A stretch of DNA of 64,000 bases from an uncultured Alphaproteobacteria bacterium (GTDB taxonomy: Bacteria > Pseudomonadota > Alphaproteobacteria > Rhizobiales > Xanthobacteraceae), in the NCBI GenBank assembly GCA_963808035.1, contig CAWEEF010000001.1, positions 948,022 through 1,012,021 of the forward strand, read 5' to 3'. Below, piece by piece: positions 40,108 to 50,315 of this stretch. The notes below the pieces were generated by a model. That model ran no database searches. It saw nothing but the letters and a program-made list of their open reading frames with translations, and was not told the DNA's origin. The stretch's first letter is position 1. Each line of letters begins with the position of its first letter. The position numbers and the translations under genes are program-made.

Positions 40108-41451
40108 TCATCCCTGCGGGCAGATATATCCGGTTCCGGCCGGCGACTTGAAGCAGCCGACCGATTCCGGAATCACGTGCTTGGGCAGCCACAGCACCAC
40201 CGTCGGGAAAAAGATCGTGAAGCAAATGGTCAGCAGGAATACCACATAGATCGGCAGCGCCGCACGCAGCGCCTTGCCGAAACTGACGCCGACGAATTTC
40301 GACGCCATCAGCAGCACCAGGCCGTAAGGCGGCGTGATCAGCCCGAATGCCAGCGTCGCGATCAGCACCACGCCCATATGCACGCCATTGATGTCGCCGG
40401 CCTGGGTCAGCGCGTTCACCAGCGGCATGAAGATGATGATGGTCGGAACCGGTTCGATGAAATCGCCGATCACCGTGAACAGCGCCACCATCAGCAGCAT
40501 GATCAGATGCGGATCGTTGCCTGCGATCGAGGTGATCCAGTCGGCGATCACGATGGCGCCGCGCAGGTAAGCCAGCATCCAGCCAAAGGCGTTGGCGGCG
40601 CCGATGGTGATCAGCGGCAGCGAGAAGATCAGTCCGGCGAGACAGAAATCATAGGGGATCTTGCGCAGATGCCCGCGATTGAGCGCGGGGATGACGACCG
40701 CGATGATCCACACCACCGCAACCACGCCGGCTTCGGTCGGCGTGAACCAGCCGGTCAGAATGCCGCCCAGCAGGATCACCGGGATCATCAGCGGCAGCGC
40801 CGCGTCGCCGGCAGCGAATGCGACCTGGCGAAACGGAGCCCGCGGCTTGCGCAAGCCGGACGGACCGAAGAAATAGCAATAGATCATCAGGCCGAAGCCG
40901 ATCATCAGTCCGGGTACCACGCCGGCCATGAACAGCCCGGCGATCGAAACGTTGCCGACCGCGCCGTAGACCACGGCGGTGATGCTCGGCGGCACCAGCG
41001 CCGCTATGGTGGAAGCCGAGGCAATGATCGCCGCGATGAAGGCGGGGCTGTAGCCTTCCCGTTTCATCGGGCCGCCCAGGGCGCGGGTCATGACGGCGAC
41101 GTCGGCGGTGGTCGAGCCCGACATCTCCGAGAAGAACATGCTGAAGACGACGACGACCTGCGACAGCCCGCCGCGGATATGCCCGACCAGCGACAGCGAC
41201 AGATTGGCGATCCGCACCACCACGTTCGCCGAACTCATCAGCTCGCCGACCAGCAGGAAAAACGGAATCGCCAGCAGCGCCTCGGAATCCACGCCGTCGA
41301 AAATCTTCTGCACGATCGCCGGGAGCGAAACGTCGGTCAGCGCCGCGCCGACGAAAACCCCCGCGATCAGCGAAAACGGCACCGGCACGCCGAGATAGCC
41401 GAAAAACAGGAAACAGAACGACATCAGCCCAAGGACGACGGGGGAGCTCAC
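40108..41451 (-). CDS. dctM: TRAP transporter large permease
   Basis: LLAIPFFLL, SGSTTAD, ALVPPSI, FTPTEA, GLITPPYG. Confidence 0.9.
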   Translation of the reverse strand: MSSPVVLGLMSFCFLFFGYLGVPVPFSLIAGVFVGAALTDVSLPAIVQKIFDGVDSEALLAIPFFLLVGELMSSANVVVRIANLSLSLVGHIRGGLSQVVVVFSMFFSEMSGSTTADVAVMTRALGGPMKREGYSPAFIAAIIASASTIAALVPPSITAVVYGAVGNVSIAGLFMAGVVPGLMIGFGLMIYCYFFGPSGLRKPRAPFRQVAFAAGDAALPLMIPVILLGGILTGWFTPTEAGVVAVVWIIAVVIPALNRGHLRKIPYDFCLAGLIFSLPLITIGAANAFGWMLAYLRGAIVIADWITSIAGNDPHLIMLLMVALFTVIGDFIEPVPTIIIFMPLVNALTQAGDINGVHMGVVLIATLAFGLITPPYGLVLLMASKFVGVSFGKALRAALPIYVVFLLTICFTIFFPTVVLWLPKHVIPESVGCFKSPAGTGYICPQG

Positions 41452-42032
41452 GGCCGCATGTCCCTGTAGGCGCCGGTGTCGACAGGCGGAATCGGCAGGT
41501 CCTGTTCCGGCGGCTCGGGATGATCGAACCCGTTGCGGATGCCGTTCACGAGCTGCTCGATCGTGAACAGCGCGATCAGGACGCCGGACAGCGGGATCAC
41601 CGCGTAGAGCGAGGCGATCGGCGTTCCCGACGGCAGGCGGAAGCTGCCGAAGCCGCGCAGATAGTTGATGTAGCCGAACCAGATCAGGCAGAATGCGACG
41701 CCGAGCACCACAATGCGGATGATGATCTCGACGATCAGCCGCGGCGTGCCGTGCAGCGCCTCGGAAATCGCGGTCAGATAGAGATGGTCATTGCGCCGGG
41801 TGGCGACCGCCGCACCGATGAAGATCGCATAGATGAACAGCGTCGAGGTGACTTCCTGCAGCCAGAGCCAGGGATGGCCGATGGTGCGGGTCAGGATATC
41901 GAACGCGACCGAGAGCGAAAAGCCGAAGCACAAAAGGCCGCAGATCATCATCAGGACCAGCTCGAGCCGGTCGAGCCACCGCCATTTCAGATGGTGCTGT
42001 CGCTGCAACACCAGTTTGTCGGCGATCGTCAT
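41448..42032 (-). CDS. dctQ: TRAP transporter small permease
   Basis: Four hydrophobic segments, WLQEV, FIGAAVA...HL; overlaps dctM start. Confidence 0.85.
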   Translation of the reverse strand: MTIADKLVLQRQHHLKWRWLDRLELVLMMICGLLCFGFSLSVAFDILTRTIGHPWLWLQEVTSTLFIYAIFIGAAVATRRNDHLYLTAISEALHGTPRLIVEIIIRIVVLGVAFCLIWFGYINYLRGFGSFRLPSGTPIASLYAVIPLSGVLIALFTIEQLVNGIRNGFDHPEPPEQDLPIPPVDTGAYRDMRP

Positions 42033-42048
42033 CGGCAATCCATCTCTT

Positions 42049-42147
42049 CGTCATTCCGGGGCGCGCGACGCGCGAGCCCGGAATCCATAACCACCATCGG
42101 GAGTATGGATTCCGGGCCTGCGCCAAGAGGCGCATCCCGGAATGACG
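42049..42147. repeat. REP-like element (GTCATTCCGG family)
   Basis: cgtcattccggg...ggaatccata/tatggattcc...cccggaatgacg. Confidence 0.88.
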
Positions 42148-42156
42148 GCCTTTTTC

Positions 42157-43158
42157 TCAGTTGATCGCCCGGATCAGGGTCTTGATCTTGTCGGCGTGGG
42201 GGCCAAGCTCCTTGGCCAGCTTGTCGAGATAGGGATCGGCGATTTTCTGGAAGCCGGCCTTGTCAACGTCGCTGACGATCTTGACGCCCATCTTCTGCAG
42301 CTTGGTCGCCGCCGACCGCTCCAGGTCGAACGCGCGCTTCGGTTCCTGCAGGCTGACGTCGCGGGCTGCGGTCATGACCCACTGTTTCTGGTCGGCGCTG
42401 AGGCTTTGCCAGAGCTTGTCACTGATCCACAGGATGGCGTTGTTGGCTTCATGCTCGGTCATCGATAGCACGGGAGCCACTTCATAGTGCTTGTTGATGA
42501 AATAGACATTGACGGCGTTTTCGCCGAAATCCACCACGCCGGTCTGCAGCGAGGTGTACACGCTGCCGAACGGCATGTGCACGGTCTGGGCGCCATAGGC
42601 GGCAAACATGGTGTCTTCGGTTGCGGTCGCCTGAACGCGAACCTTGTAACCCTTGAGATCGTCAACCTTGTGGACTTCCTTCTTGCCGTACATGTGCCGG
42701 AAGCCCTGGGTGCCGAGCCCGATCGCATGGATGCCCTGCACCGTGTCGTCGATCATGTCATGGATCGCTGCAAACACCTTGGGATCGGCCAGCGCCTTGA
42801 CGTTGTGATCCTCCGAGCGGAACAGATAGTGCAGCGACATCACGCCGGCCTGCGGCGAGATCGTCGAGGTGTTGGCGGAGGAAACGATGGCGAAATCGAT
42901 ATCGCCGGATCGCACCAATTGCAGGATCTGCGGCTCCTGCCCGAGCTGCGCACCCGGATACTGGTCGACCAGCATGGTGCCCTTGCTCAATTCCTTGAGC
43001 TTGGCGGAGAATATGTCGTACGCGATGCTGTAGCCGGAATTGAGCTGCTGGTCATGGGCAAAGCGGTAGTGCTTCGTCTCCTGGGCGCTGGCGCTGGCGG
43101 CAAACAGCATCGCCGCGGCTGCGGCCAACCCGCTGATGATTTTGGCCGGATGATTCAT
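42157..43158 (-). CDS. dctP: TRAP substrate-binding protein, paralog 1
   Basis: Signal peptide; QYPGAQLGQE, KVRVQ, YTSLQTGVVD, YEVAPV. Confidence 0.9.
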   Translation of the reverse strand: MNHPAKIISGLAAAAAMLFAASASAQETKHYRFAHDQQLNSGYSIAYDIFSAKLKELSKGTMLVDQYPGAQLGQEPQILQLVRSGDIDFAIVSSANTSTISPQAGVMSLHYLFRSEDHNVKALADPKVFAAIHDMIDDTVQGIHAIGLGTQGFRHMYGKKEVHKVDDLKGYKVRVQATATEDTMFAAYGAQTVHMPFGSVYTSLQTGVVDFGENAVNVYFINKHYEVAPVLSMTEHEANNAILWISDKLWQSLSADQKQWVMTAARDVSLQEPKRAFDLERSAATKLQKMGVKIVSDVDKAGFQKIADPYLDKLAKELGPHADKIKTLIRAIN

Positions 43159-43300
43159 GGTTTCCCCCTGTTATGATTTTGCGCAATCATCCCATCGGGG
43201 TTGCCGGATTGTCAATTGAACATCGGACGAGACACCGCGTTCAGCGCCCTCGCCCACGCATGCTGGCGTTGGCCGGGATGGCACCGGGCCGGCGCCCCGC

Positions 43301-44302
43301 CTAGTTGATCGCCCGGATCAGGTTCTTGATCTTTTCCGCGTGCGGTCCGAGTTCTTTCGAAAGCTTGTCGAGGTAAGGATCCGCCACCGCGGTAAAGCCG
43401 GCCTTGTCGACGTCGGCGACGACCTTGACGCCGATCGATTTCAGCTTCTCCAACGATTGATGCTCGAGCTCGATCGCCCTGGCGGGCTCGTTCCGGTTGA
43501 CCTCGTCGGCGGCGGCCTGGACCCAGCCCTGCTGTTCCGGCGTCAGGCTGTTCCAGAGCTTGTCGCTGACCCAGACCAGGCTGTTATTGGCCTCGTGTTC
43601 GGTCATCGACAGCACCGGCGCCACCTCATAATGCTTGTTGGCGAGATAGACGTTGACGCCGTTTTCGGCGACGTCGACCACGCCGGTCTGCAGCGAGGTG
43701 TAGACGCTGCCGAACGGCATATGCACGATCTGGGCGCCGTATGCCGGAAACATGGTATCCTCGGTGGGCGTCGCCTGCACCCGCACCTTCAGCCCCTTGA
43801 TATCGCCGATATTCCTGATCTCGCGCTTGGAATACATGTTGCGAAGACCGAGCGTCGCAAGCGCGATTACATGGGTACCCTGCACGGTTTCCGCGATCAT
43901 CGCCTTGACCGCCCTCGACACTTCCGGATCGGCGATCGCCTTGATGAGATGCGCCTCGGAGCGGAACAGGAAATGCATCGACATCACCCCCGCCTGCGGT
44001 GACAGGGTCGCAGCATTGGCCGAAGATGAAATGCAGAACTCGATATCGCCGGCTTTGACCAGTTGCAGCACCTGCGGCTCCTGGCCGAGCTGGGCGCCGG
44101 GATACTGGTCGATCAGCATCGTGCCCTTGCTCAGGGCCTTGAGCTTTTCGCTGAAAATGTCGCCGAGGATGCCGTAGCCGGTTGTTTTCGGCTGGTCATA
44201 GGCGAAGCGATAGTGCTTCACCTCCTGTGCGCCGGCGCCTGCAGCCACGACCATTGCGGCTGCGGCGACGACCGCACGGAGAACCTTGCTCACGCTGCCC
44301 AT
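43301..44302 (-). CDS. dctP: TRAP substrate-binding protein, paralog 2
   Basis: Same motifs and length as paralog 1; ends LIRAIN in both. Confidence 0.9.
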   Translation of the reverse strand: MGSVSKVLRAVVAAAAMVVAAGAGAQEVKHYRFAYDQPKTTGYGILGDIFSEKLKALSKGTMLIDQYPGAQLGQEPQVLQLVKAGDIEFCISSSANAATLSPQAGVMSMHFLFRSEAHLIKAIADPEVSRAVKAMIAETVQGTHVIALATLGLRNMYSKREIRNIGDIKGLKVRVQATPTEDTMFPAYGAQIVHMPFGSVYTSLQTGVVDVAENGVNVYLANKHYEVAPVLSMTEHEANNSLVWVSDKLWNSLTPEQQGWVQAAADEVNRNEPARAIELEHQSLEKLKSIGVKVVADVDKAGFTAVADPYLDKLSKELGPHAEKIKNLIRAIN

Positions 44303-44397
44303 CGTTTCCCCCCTGGCTTTGTTTCATCATCCCATCCGGGTTGTTTGAATGTCAATCAAACAACCGGGGTGACCCGTCTAACGACTGCCAAATACTC

Positions 44398-44503
44398 CGT
44401 CATTCCGGGATGCGCCGCTTGGCGCAGGCCCGGAATCCATAACCACCATCGGGAGTATGGATTCCGGGCTCGCGCCAAGACAGAGGCGCGCCCCGGAATG
44501 ACG
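44398..44503. repeat. REP-like element (GTCATTCCGG family)
   Basis: Inverted termini and ggaatccata...tatggattcc core. Confidence 0.88.
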
Positions 44504-44547
44504 AAGGAGCGGGATGGATTCGCTGCCCGCGATGACGAAGAAAGTGT

Positions 44548-46254
44548 CTAGCCCTTGCCACTGGCGCGCATGAAGTCGAAATCGCAGCCTTCATCGGCCT
44601 GCAAGATGGTTTCGTTGAACAGATGTGCGTAGCCGCGTTTGGCCCATTCCGGCGCTGCTGCGGGCTTCAGCGCGGCGCGGCGCCTGTCGAGCTCGGCCGT
44701 ATCGACCAACAGATCGACGCGGCGAGCGGCGACGTCGAGCCGGATCATGTCGCCGTTCTTCACCAGCGCCAGGGGCCCGCCGACGGCGGATTCCGGCGTG
44801 ATATGCAGAACGATGGTGCCGAAGGCCGTGCCGCTCATCCGCGCGTCCGACATCCGCACCATGTCCTTGACGCCGCCGCGCGCGAGCTTCTTCGGGATCG
44901 GCAGATAACCGGCTTCCGGCATGCCCGGCGCGCCCTTCGGGCCGGCGTTGCGCAGCACCAGCACATCGTCGGCGGTCACGTCGAGATCGGCGCTGTCGAC
45001 TCGCTGCGTCATGTCTTCCACGGATTCGAACACCACGGCCCGCCCGGTATGCTGCAGCAGCTTCGGCGTTGCCGCCGAATGCTTGATCACGGCGCCGCGC
45101 GGCGCGAGATTGCCATGCAGCACCGCCATCGCGCCCTCCGGTTTGATCGGATCGGAACGCGGGCGGATGGCGTCCTGCCCCGGCACCTCCTCGGCACCGG
45201 CAACGACGTCGCGCAGCGTGGCGCCGGTGATGGTACGGGCATCGAGGTCGATCAAATCGCCCAGTTGCGCCAGCAATTTCGGCACGCCGCCGGCATGATG
45301 GAAATGTTCCATGTAGTGCGCGCCGGACGGTTTCAGGTCGATCAGGACCGGCACCTCGCGGCCAAGCCGGTCGAAGGCTTCGAGATCGATGCGATGCGCG
45401 GTGCGGTTGGCGATCGCGGTCAAATGGATCAGCCCGTTGGTCGATCCGCCGATCGCCTGCAGCACGATCTGGGCGTTGCGGAACGCGGCCGGAGTGAGCA
45501 GCTCGCTCGGGCGCGGTCCCTTGGCCAGCGCCATGGCCGCCGCGACCCTGCCGCTCGCTTCGGCGAGGCGAAAGCGCTCCGCATGCGGCGCCGGTATGGT
45601 CGCACTCAGCGGCAGCGACAGGCCGAGCGCTTCGGTGATGCAGGCCATGGTGCTGGCAGTTCCCATCACCATGCAGGTGCCGACCGACGGCGCGAGACGG
45701 CCGTTGACGGCTTCGATCTCGACCTCGTCGATTTCGCCGGCGCGAAACTTGGCCCATAGCCGGCGGCAGTCGGTGCAGGCGCCCAGCACTTCGCCCTTGT
45801 GATGCCCGACCACCATCGGGCCCACCGGAATGACCACGGTCGGCAGGTCGGCGCTGACCGCCGCCATGATCTGCGCCGGCAGCGTCTTGTCGCAGCCGCC
45901 GATCACGACCACGGCGTCCATCGGCTGGGCGCGGATCATCTCCTCGGTATCCATCGCCATCAGATTGCGCAGATACATCGAGGTCGGAAACGCAAAGCTT
46001 TCGGCGATCGAGATGGTGGGAAACACCATTGGCATCGCGCCGCTCAGCATGACGCCGCGCTTCACTGCCTCGATGATCTGCGGCACGTTGCCGTGACAGG
46101 GGTTGTAATCGCTGTAGGTGTTGGTGATGCCGACGATCGGACGATTCAGCGCTTCGTCGGAATATCCCATCGCCTTGATGAAGGCCTTGCGCAGGAACAG
46201 CGAAAACCCGGCATCGCCGTAACTCGTCAAGCCCTTGCGCAGTCCGTCAGCCAT
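44548..46254 (-). CDS. IlvD/Edd-family dehydratase (sugar-acid dehydratase-like)
   Basis: YNPCH, GGCDKT, GTCMVMGTASTM, IGGSTN, GPKGAPGMPE, SDARMSGT. Confidence 0.9.
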   Translation of the reverse strand: MADGLRKGLTSYGDAGFSLFLRKAFIKAMGYSDEALNRPIVGITNTYSDYNPCHGNVPQIIEAVKRGVMLSGAMPMVFPTISIAESFAFPTSMYLRNLMAMDTEEMIRAQPMDAVVVIGGCDKTLPAQIMAAVSADLPTVVIPVGPMVVGHHKGEVLGACTDCRRLWAKFRAGEIDEVEIEAVNGRLAPSVGTCMVMGTASTMACITEALGLSLPLSATIPAPHAERFRLAEASGRVAAAMALAKGPRPSELLTPAAFRNAQIVLQAIGGSTNGLIHLTAIANRTAHRIDLEAFDRLGREVPVLIDLKPSGAHYMEHFHHAGGVPKLLAQLGDLIDLDARTITGATLRDVVAGAEEVPGQDAIRPRSDPIKPEGAMAVLHGNLAPRGAVIKHSAATPKLLQHTGRAVVFESVEDMTQRVDSADLDVTADDVLVLRNAGPKGAPGMPEAGYLPIPKKLARGGVKDMVRMSDARMSGTAFGTIVLHITPESAVGGPLALVKNGDMIRLDVAARRVDLLVDTAELDRRRAALKPAAAPEWAKRGYAHLFNETILQADEGCDFDFMRASGKG

Positions 46255-46278
46255 CTCAACTTCCTTTTATGGCGAAGC

Positions 46279-46374
46279 CGTCATTCCGGGGCAGCCCGAC
46301 AGGGCTGAACCCGGTATCCGGAGGTTGTCAGCGCGAGATTCCGGGTTCGCGCTGACGCGCGCCCCGGAATGACG
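46279..46374. repeat. REP-like element (GTCATTCCGG family, variant core)
   Basis: cgtcattccgggg...ccccggaatgacg. Confidence 0.8.
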
Positions 46375-46377
46375 ATC

Positions 46378-47202
46378 CTAGCGGGCATTCCAGTCCACGA
46401 TCCGGCTCATATCACCGTCGAACTCCATGCCGCAGAACGCGCCGCCCTGGTAGAAATCGCCGACGCGGTCCGGTCCGACCTTGGCCTGCTCGGCCATCGC
46501 ATGCTCGCGAAAATCTTCGGCGCGGCCGGTCGGGCGATAGCCCAGGTCATAGGCGCGGTGATTATCCCACCACGAGCGTTCGTTGTACGAGGCGCCGTAG
46601 AAAATCTCGAAATGAATATCGGGATGCTCGAGCCCGATCCGGCACAATTGCGCCAGATCGTCCGGCTTGAGCCAGATCGACAGCCGGCGATGATCGAGCG
46701 GCTTATCGCCGAAATTGCCGATCCGCAGGCAGGTGACGGCAAGCCCGTGCTTGTCGGCATAGAGCGCGCCGACCGCCTCGCCGAACACCTTGCTGGCGCC
46801 GTAGCGGCTGTCCGGCCGTGCCGTCACATCGGTCCCGATCCGGTGGTGGCGCGGGTAGAACCCCACCGCATGGTTCGAGGACGCAAACACCACGCGCTTG
46901 ACGCCCTGTTTGCGCGCCGCCTCGAACAGATTGTAGCAGCCGACGATGTTGGACTGCAGGATCGCGTCCCACGGGCCTTCGACCGAATAGCCGCCGAAAT
47001 GCAGGATGCCGTCGATGCCCTCGCAGATCGCCTCGACCTCGGCGGGATCGGACAATTCGGCCGCCCTGAACTTTTCGTCGCTGCCGAGATCGGCTGGCGG
47101 CTGCCGGTCGCTCAGCAGCAGATCGGGATAGACCGGCGGCAGCAGCCGGCGCAGGCTCGTGCCGATTCCGCCGCAAGCGCCGGTCATCAATATGCGTGGC
47201 AT
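46378..47202 (-). CDS. udh: Uronate dehydrogenase-like NAD-dependent SDR
   Basis: TGACGGIG, HFGGYSVE, FASSNHAVGFY, YGASK, WWDN, QGGAF; start set at MPRILM. Confidence 0.75.
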   Translation of the reverse strand: MPRILMTGACGGIGTSLRRLLPPVYPDLLLSDRQPPADLGSDEKFRAAELSDPAEVEAICEGIDGILHFGGYSVEGPWDAILQSNIVGCYNLFEAARKQGVKRVVFASSNHAVGFYPRHHRIGTDVTARPDSRYGASKVFGEAVGALYADKHGLAVTCLRIGNFGDKPLDHRRLSIWLKPDDLAQLCRIGLEHPDIHFEIFYGASYNERSWWDNHRAYDLGYRPTGRAEDFREHAMAEQAKVGPDRVGDFYQGGAFCGMEFDGDMSRIVDWNAR

Positions 47203-47394
47203 TTCATCCCTCTTGGGCGTGACTTGAAGCAAGTATGGCGCGCCGGCGACGGCGCGGCAAGCGATCACGCCCTGCCCACGCCGCCGTCATACCCGCCACC
47301 GGGTCGCGCCAACAAAGCTGGCTTGCCTACCGTTATAGAATGGCAATGATAGCCGAAGACTTCGAGGAACTCTCAACAGCAACGAGACCAACGC

Positions 47395-48363
47395 ATGTCC
47401 GAGGCAAACTCTCATTCCGCCGACTGGCGGCCTGCCACCTTTTATCCCGATCCCGCCATCCATGCGCTGGACCCACGCTTCGAGCAATACTGGCTGAAGC
47501 TCTCGGCGATCGAACGGCTGACGACGGGGCTGCGCTGGGCCGAAGGTCCGGTCTGGTTCGGCGATGGGCGCTACCTGTTGTGCAGCGATATTCCCAACAA
47601 CCGCATCATCAAATGGGAAGAGGAAACCGGCGCCATCAGTATCTTCCGCAAGCCGTCGAATTTCGCCAACGGCCATACCCGCGACCGCCAGGGACGCCTG
47701 GTCACCTGCGAGCACGGCGGTCGCCGCGTCACCCGCACCGAATATGACGGTTCAATCACGGTGCTGATCGACTCCGTCGACGGCAAGCGGTTGAACTCGC
47801 CCAACGACGTCGTGGTGAAGTCCGACGGCTCGATCTGGTTCACCGACCCGGTGTTCGGATTGCTCGGCAATTACGAGGGCTACAAGGCGGAGTCCGAGAT
47901 CCACGCCAATGTCTACCGGATCGATGGCAAGACCGGCAAGGCCGGCGTCGTCGCCGAAGGCGTGCTCGGGCCGAACGGGTTGTGCTTCTCGCCGGACGAG
48001 GAGATCCTCTATATCGTGGAATCGCGCGGCGTGCCCAACCGCAAGATTCTCGCCTATGACGTCGCGGCCAATGGCGAGACGATTGCCAACAAGCGGGTGT
48101 TCATCGATGCCGGCCCGGGCACACCCGACGGCATGCGCTGCGATATCGACGGCAATCTGTGGTGCGGCTGGGGCATGGGCGATCCCGAACTCGACGGCGT
48201 GGTGGTGTTCGCGCCCGACGGCGTCATGATCGGACGTATCGCCCTGCCGGAGCGCTGCGCCAATCTGTGCTTCGGCGGATTGAAACGCAACCGGCTGTTC
48301 ATGGCCGCAAGCCAGTCGATCTACGCGCTCTACGTCAACACCCAAGGCGCGCTCGGGGGATAG
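47395..48363 (+). CDS. SMP-30/gluconolactonase family lactonase
   Basis: WAEGPVW, SDIP, NSPND, PNGLCFSPD, PDGMRCD. Confidence 0.9.
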   Translation: MSEANSHSADWRPATFYPDPAIHALDPRFEQYWLKLSAIERLTTGLRWAEGPVWFGDGRYLLCSDIPNNRIIKWEEETGAISIFRKPSNFANGHTRDRQGRLVTCEHGGRRVTRTEYDGSITVLIDSVDGKRLNSPNDVVVKSDGSIWFTDPVFGLLGNYEGYKAESEIHANVYRIDGKTGKAGVVAEGVLGPNGLCFSPDEEILYIVESRGVPNRKILAYDVAANGETIANKRVFIDAGPGTPDGMRCDIDGNLWCGWGMGDPELDGVVVFAPDGVMIGRIALPERCANLCFGGLKRNRLFMAASQSIYALYVNTQGALGG

Positions 48364-48383
48364 GAACCCACATTGTCCGCCCA

Positions 48384-48516
48384 CGTCGTCCCGGCCAAGC
48401 GAAGCGCGAGCCGGGACCCATAACCACCAAAGTCTGTGTTGCGCCATGGCTGGAGCCGCTGTCATGCCGACAACAGGCATTGGTGGTTATGGGTCCTCGC
48501 CTTCGCGAGGACGACG
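48384..48516. repeat. REP-like element (GTCGTCCC...GGACGAC family)
   Basis: cgtcgtcccgg...ggacccataaccacca / tggtggttatgggtcc...ggacgacg. Confidence 0.8.
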
Positions 48517-48535
48517 GGAAGTTTGTCCCGAACGC

Positions 48536-48564
48536 AAAAACGCCGGCGCGGAATGTTCCGCGCC
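48536..48564 (-). terminator. Intrinsic terminator of the aldehyde dehydrogenase gene
   Basis: Stem GGCGCGGAA/TTCCGCGCC with a T-run on the minus strand (AAAAA at 48536-48540). Confidence 0.55.
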
Positions 48565-48594
48565 GCCGCTGCATTGGAGTCCCGAGGAAAAAAC

Positions 48595-50025
48595 TTACGC
48601 GGCGTTGAAGCCGGCGACCGCCTTGACTTCGAGATATTCTTCCATGCCGAATTTGCCCCACTCGCGGCCGTTGCCGGACTGCTTGTAGCCGCCGAACGGC
48701 GCGGTGCGGTCGTTGGGCACGCCCTGCAGGTTGACGTTGCCGGCGCGGATCTGGCGGCCGACCTTGCGCGCCCGCTCGAGGTTGCCGGCCGAGACATAGC
48801 CGGCAAGGCCGTAGGGCGTGTCGTTGGCGATCTTGACCGCCTCGGCTTCGTCCTTGGCGCCGAGGATGGTGAGCACCGGCCCGAAGATCTCCTCGCGCGC
48901 GATAGTCATGTCGTTGGTGACGTCGGCGAAGATGGTCGGACGCACGTAGAAGCCCTTGTTGACCCCTTCCGGCAGCCCCGGGCCACCGGCCACCAGCGTC
49001 GCACCTTCCTCGATGCCCTTCTGGATCAGCGCCTGGATCTTGTCCCACTGGCCACGGTTGACGACCGGACCGATGGTGGTGCCTTCGGCGCGCGGATCGC
49101 CGGCCCTGGTCTTGTCGGCGACGCCCTTGGCGATGGCAGCGACTTCCTTCATCTTCGACAGCGGCACGATCATCCGCGACGGCGCGTTGCAGGATTGTCC
49201 GGAATTGTTGAACATGTGCATCACGCCGCCGGTGACGGCCTTGGTCAGGTCGGCATCGTCAAGGATGACGTTCGGCGACTTGCCGCCGAGCTCCTGGCTG
49301 ACACGCTTCACGGTCGGCGCGGCGCGCTTGGCCACATCGATGCCGGCGCGGGTCGACCCGGTGAACGAGATCATATCGATATTGGGATGCTCGCTCATGG
49401 CGGCGCCGACCTCCGGGCCGAGCCCGTTGATCAGGTTGAACACGCCCTTCGGCACCCCGGCTTCATGCAGGATCTCGGCGAAGATCAGCGCCGAGCTCGG
49501 GGTGAATTCCGACGGCTTCAGGATCATGGTGCAGCCGGCGGCGAGCGCGGGCGCGACCTTGCAGGCGATCTGGTTCAGCGGCCAGTTCCATGGCGTAATC
49601 ATGCCGATAACGCCAACGGGTTCGCGCACCACGACCGCCGAGCCGGCCGGCTCCTCGAAATGATAGTTCTTCAGGACCTCGAGCGTGGAGGCGATGTGAC
49701 CGAGGCCGGCACCGGCCTGCAGCTTTTCCGCCATCGGCAGCGGGGCGCCCATCTCGTCGGACACGGCGGCGCCGATCTCTTTCATGCGGCCCTTGTAGAC
49801 TTCGATGATTTTGGAAAGCAGCGCGACGCGCTCCTCGCGGCTGGTCTGTGAATAGGTCTCGAAGGCGCGCCTGGCGGCGGCCACGGCCTTGTCGACGTCG
49901 GCCTTGGAGCCGAGCGCAATCTCATACATCGCCTCCTCGGTCGCCGGATTGACGACCGGCCTGGACTTCTTGACGGCGGGATCGACCCAGGCGCCGTCGA
50001 TGTAGAATTGCATGCGGTTGACCAT
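48595..50025 (-). CDS. Aldehyde dehydrogenase
   Basis: ITPWNWP, LKPSE, FTGST, ELGGKS, NSGQSC, EEIFGP, FGGYKQSG; start MVNRMQF. Confidence 0.93.
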   Translation of the reverse strand: MVNRMQFYIDGAWVDPAVKKSRPVVNPATEEAMYEIALGSKADVDKAVAAARRAFETYSQTSREERVALLSKIIEVYKGRMKEIGAAVSDEMGAPLPMAEKLQAGAGLGHIASTLEVLKNYHFEEPAGSAVVVREPVGVIGMITPWNWPLNQIACKVAPALAAGCTMILKPSEFTPSSALIFAEILHEAGVPKGVFNLINGLGPEVGAAMSEHPNIDMISFTGSTRAGIDVAKRAAPTVKRVSQELGGKSPNVILDDADLTKAVTGGVMHMFNNSGQSCNAPSRMIVPLSKMKEVAAIAKGVADKTRAGDPRAEGTTIGPVVNRGQWDKIQALIQKGIEEGATLVAGGPGLPEGVNKGFYVRPTIFADVTNDMTIAREEIFGPVLTILGAKDEAEAVKIANDTPYGLAGYVSAGNLERARKVGRQIRAGNVNLQGVPNDRTAPFGGYKQSGNGREWGKFGMEEYLEVKAVAGFNAA

Positions 50026-50176
50026 CGTGAACCTCGTGATTTCAGGGCGAATGGAGGGAAAACGGAAGCGTTCGGCAGGCATCCTTGCACGAAAGCCGGG
50101 CATTTTGAACCGCCATATGCGGGACGCCGCCTTGCAGCGGGTGCGGCATATAAAATCAGCGCCGGCGGAGAAACAA

Positions 50177-50299
50177 GCCCTCACCCCACCCTCTCCCGCA
50201 CGCGGGAGAGGGAGCAGACTGCCTCTGCGGCAAACCCGGCGCGCCACCTGACGCGATGCGCTCCCTCTCCCGCTTGCGGCAGAGGGTTGGGGTGAGGGC
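50177..50299. repeat. REP-like element (CCCTCACCCC..CCCTCTCCCGC..GCGGGAGAGGG family), paired arms
   Basis: gccctcaccccaccctctcccgc...gcgggagaggg and inverted ccctctcccgc...gagggttggggtgagggc. Confidence 0.82.
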
Positions 50300-50315
50300 G
50301 GCGATCGGGACGCCG

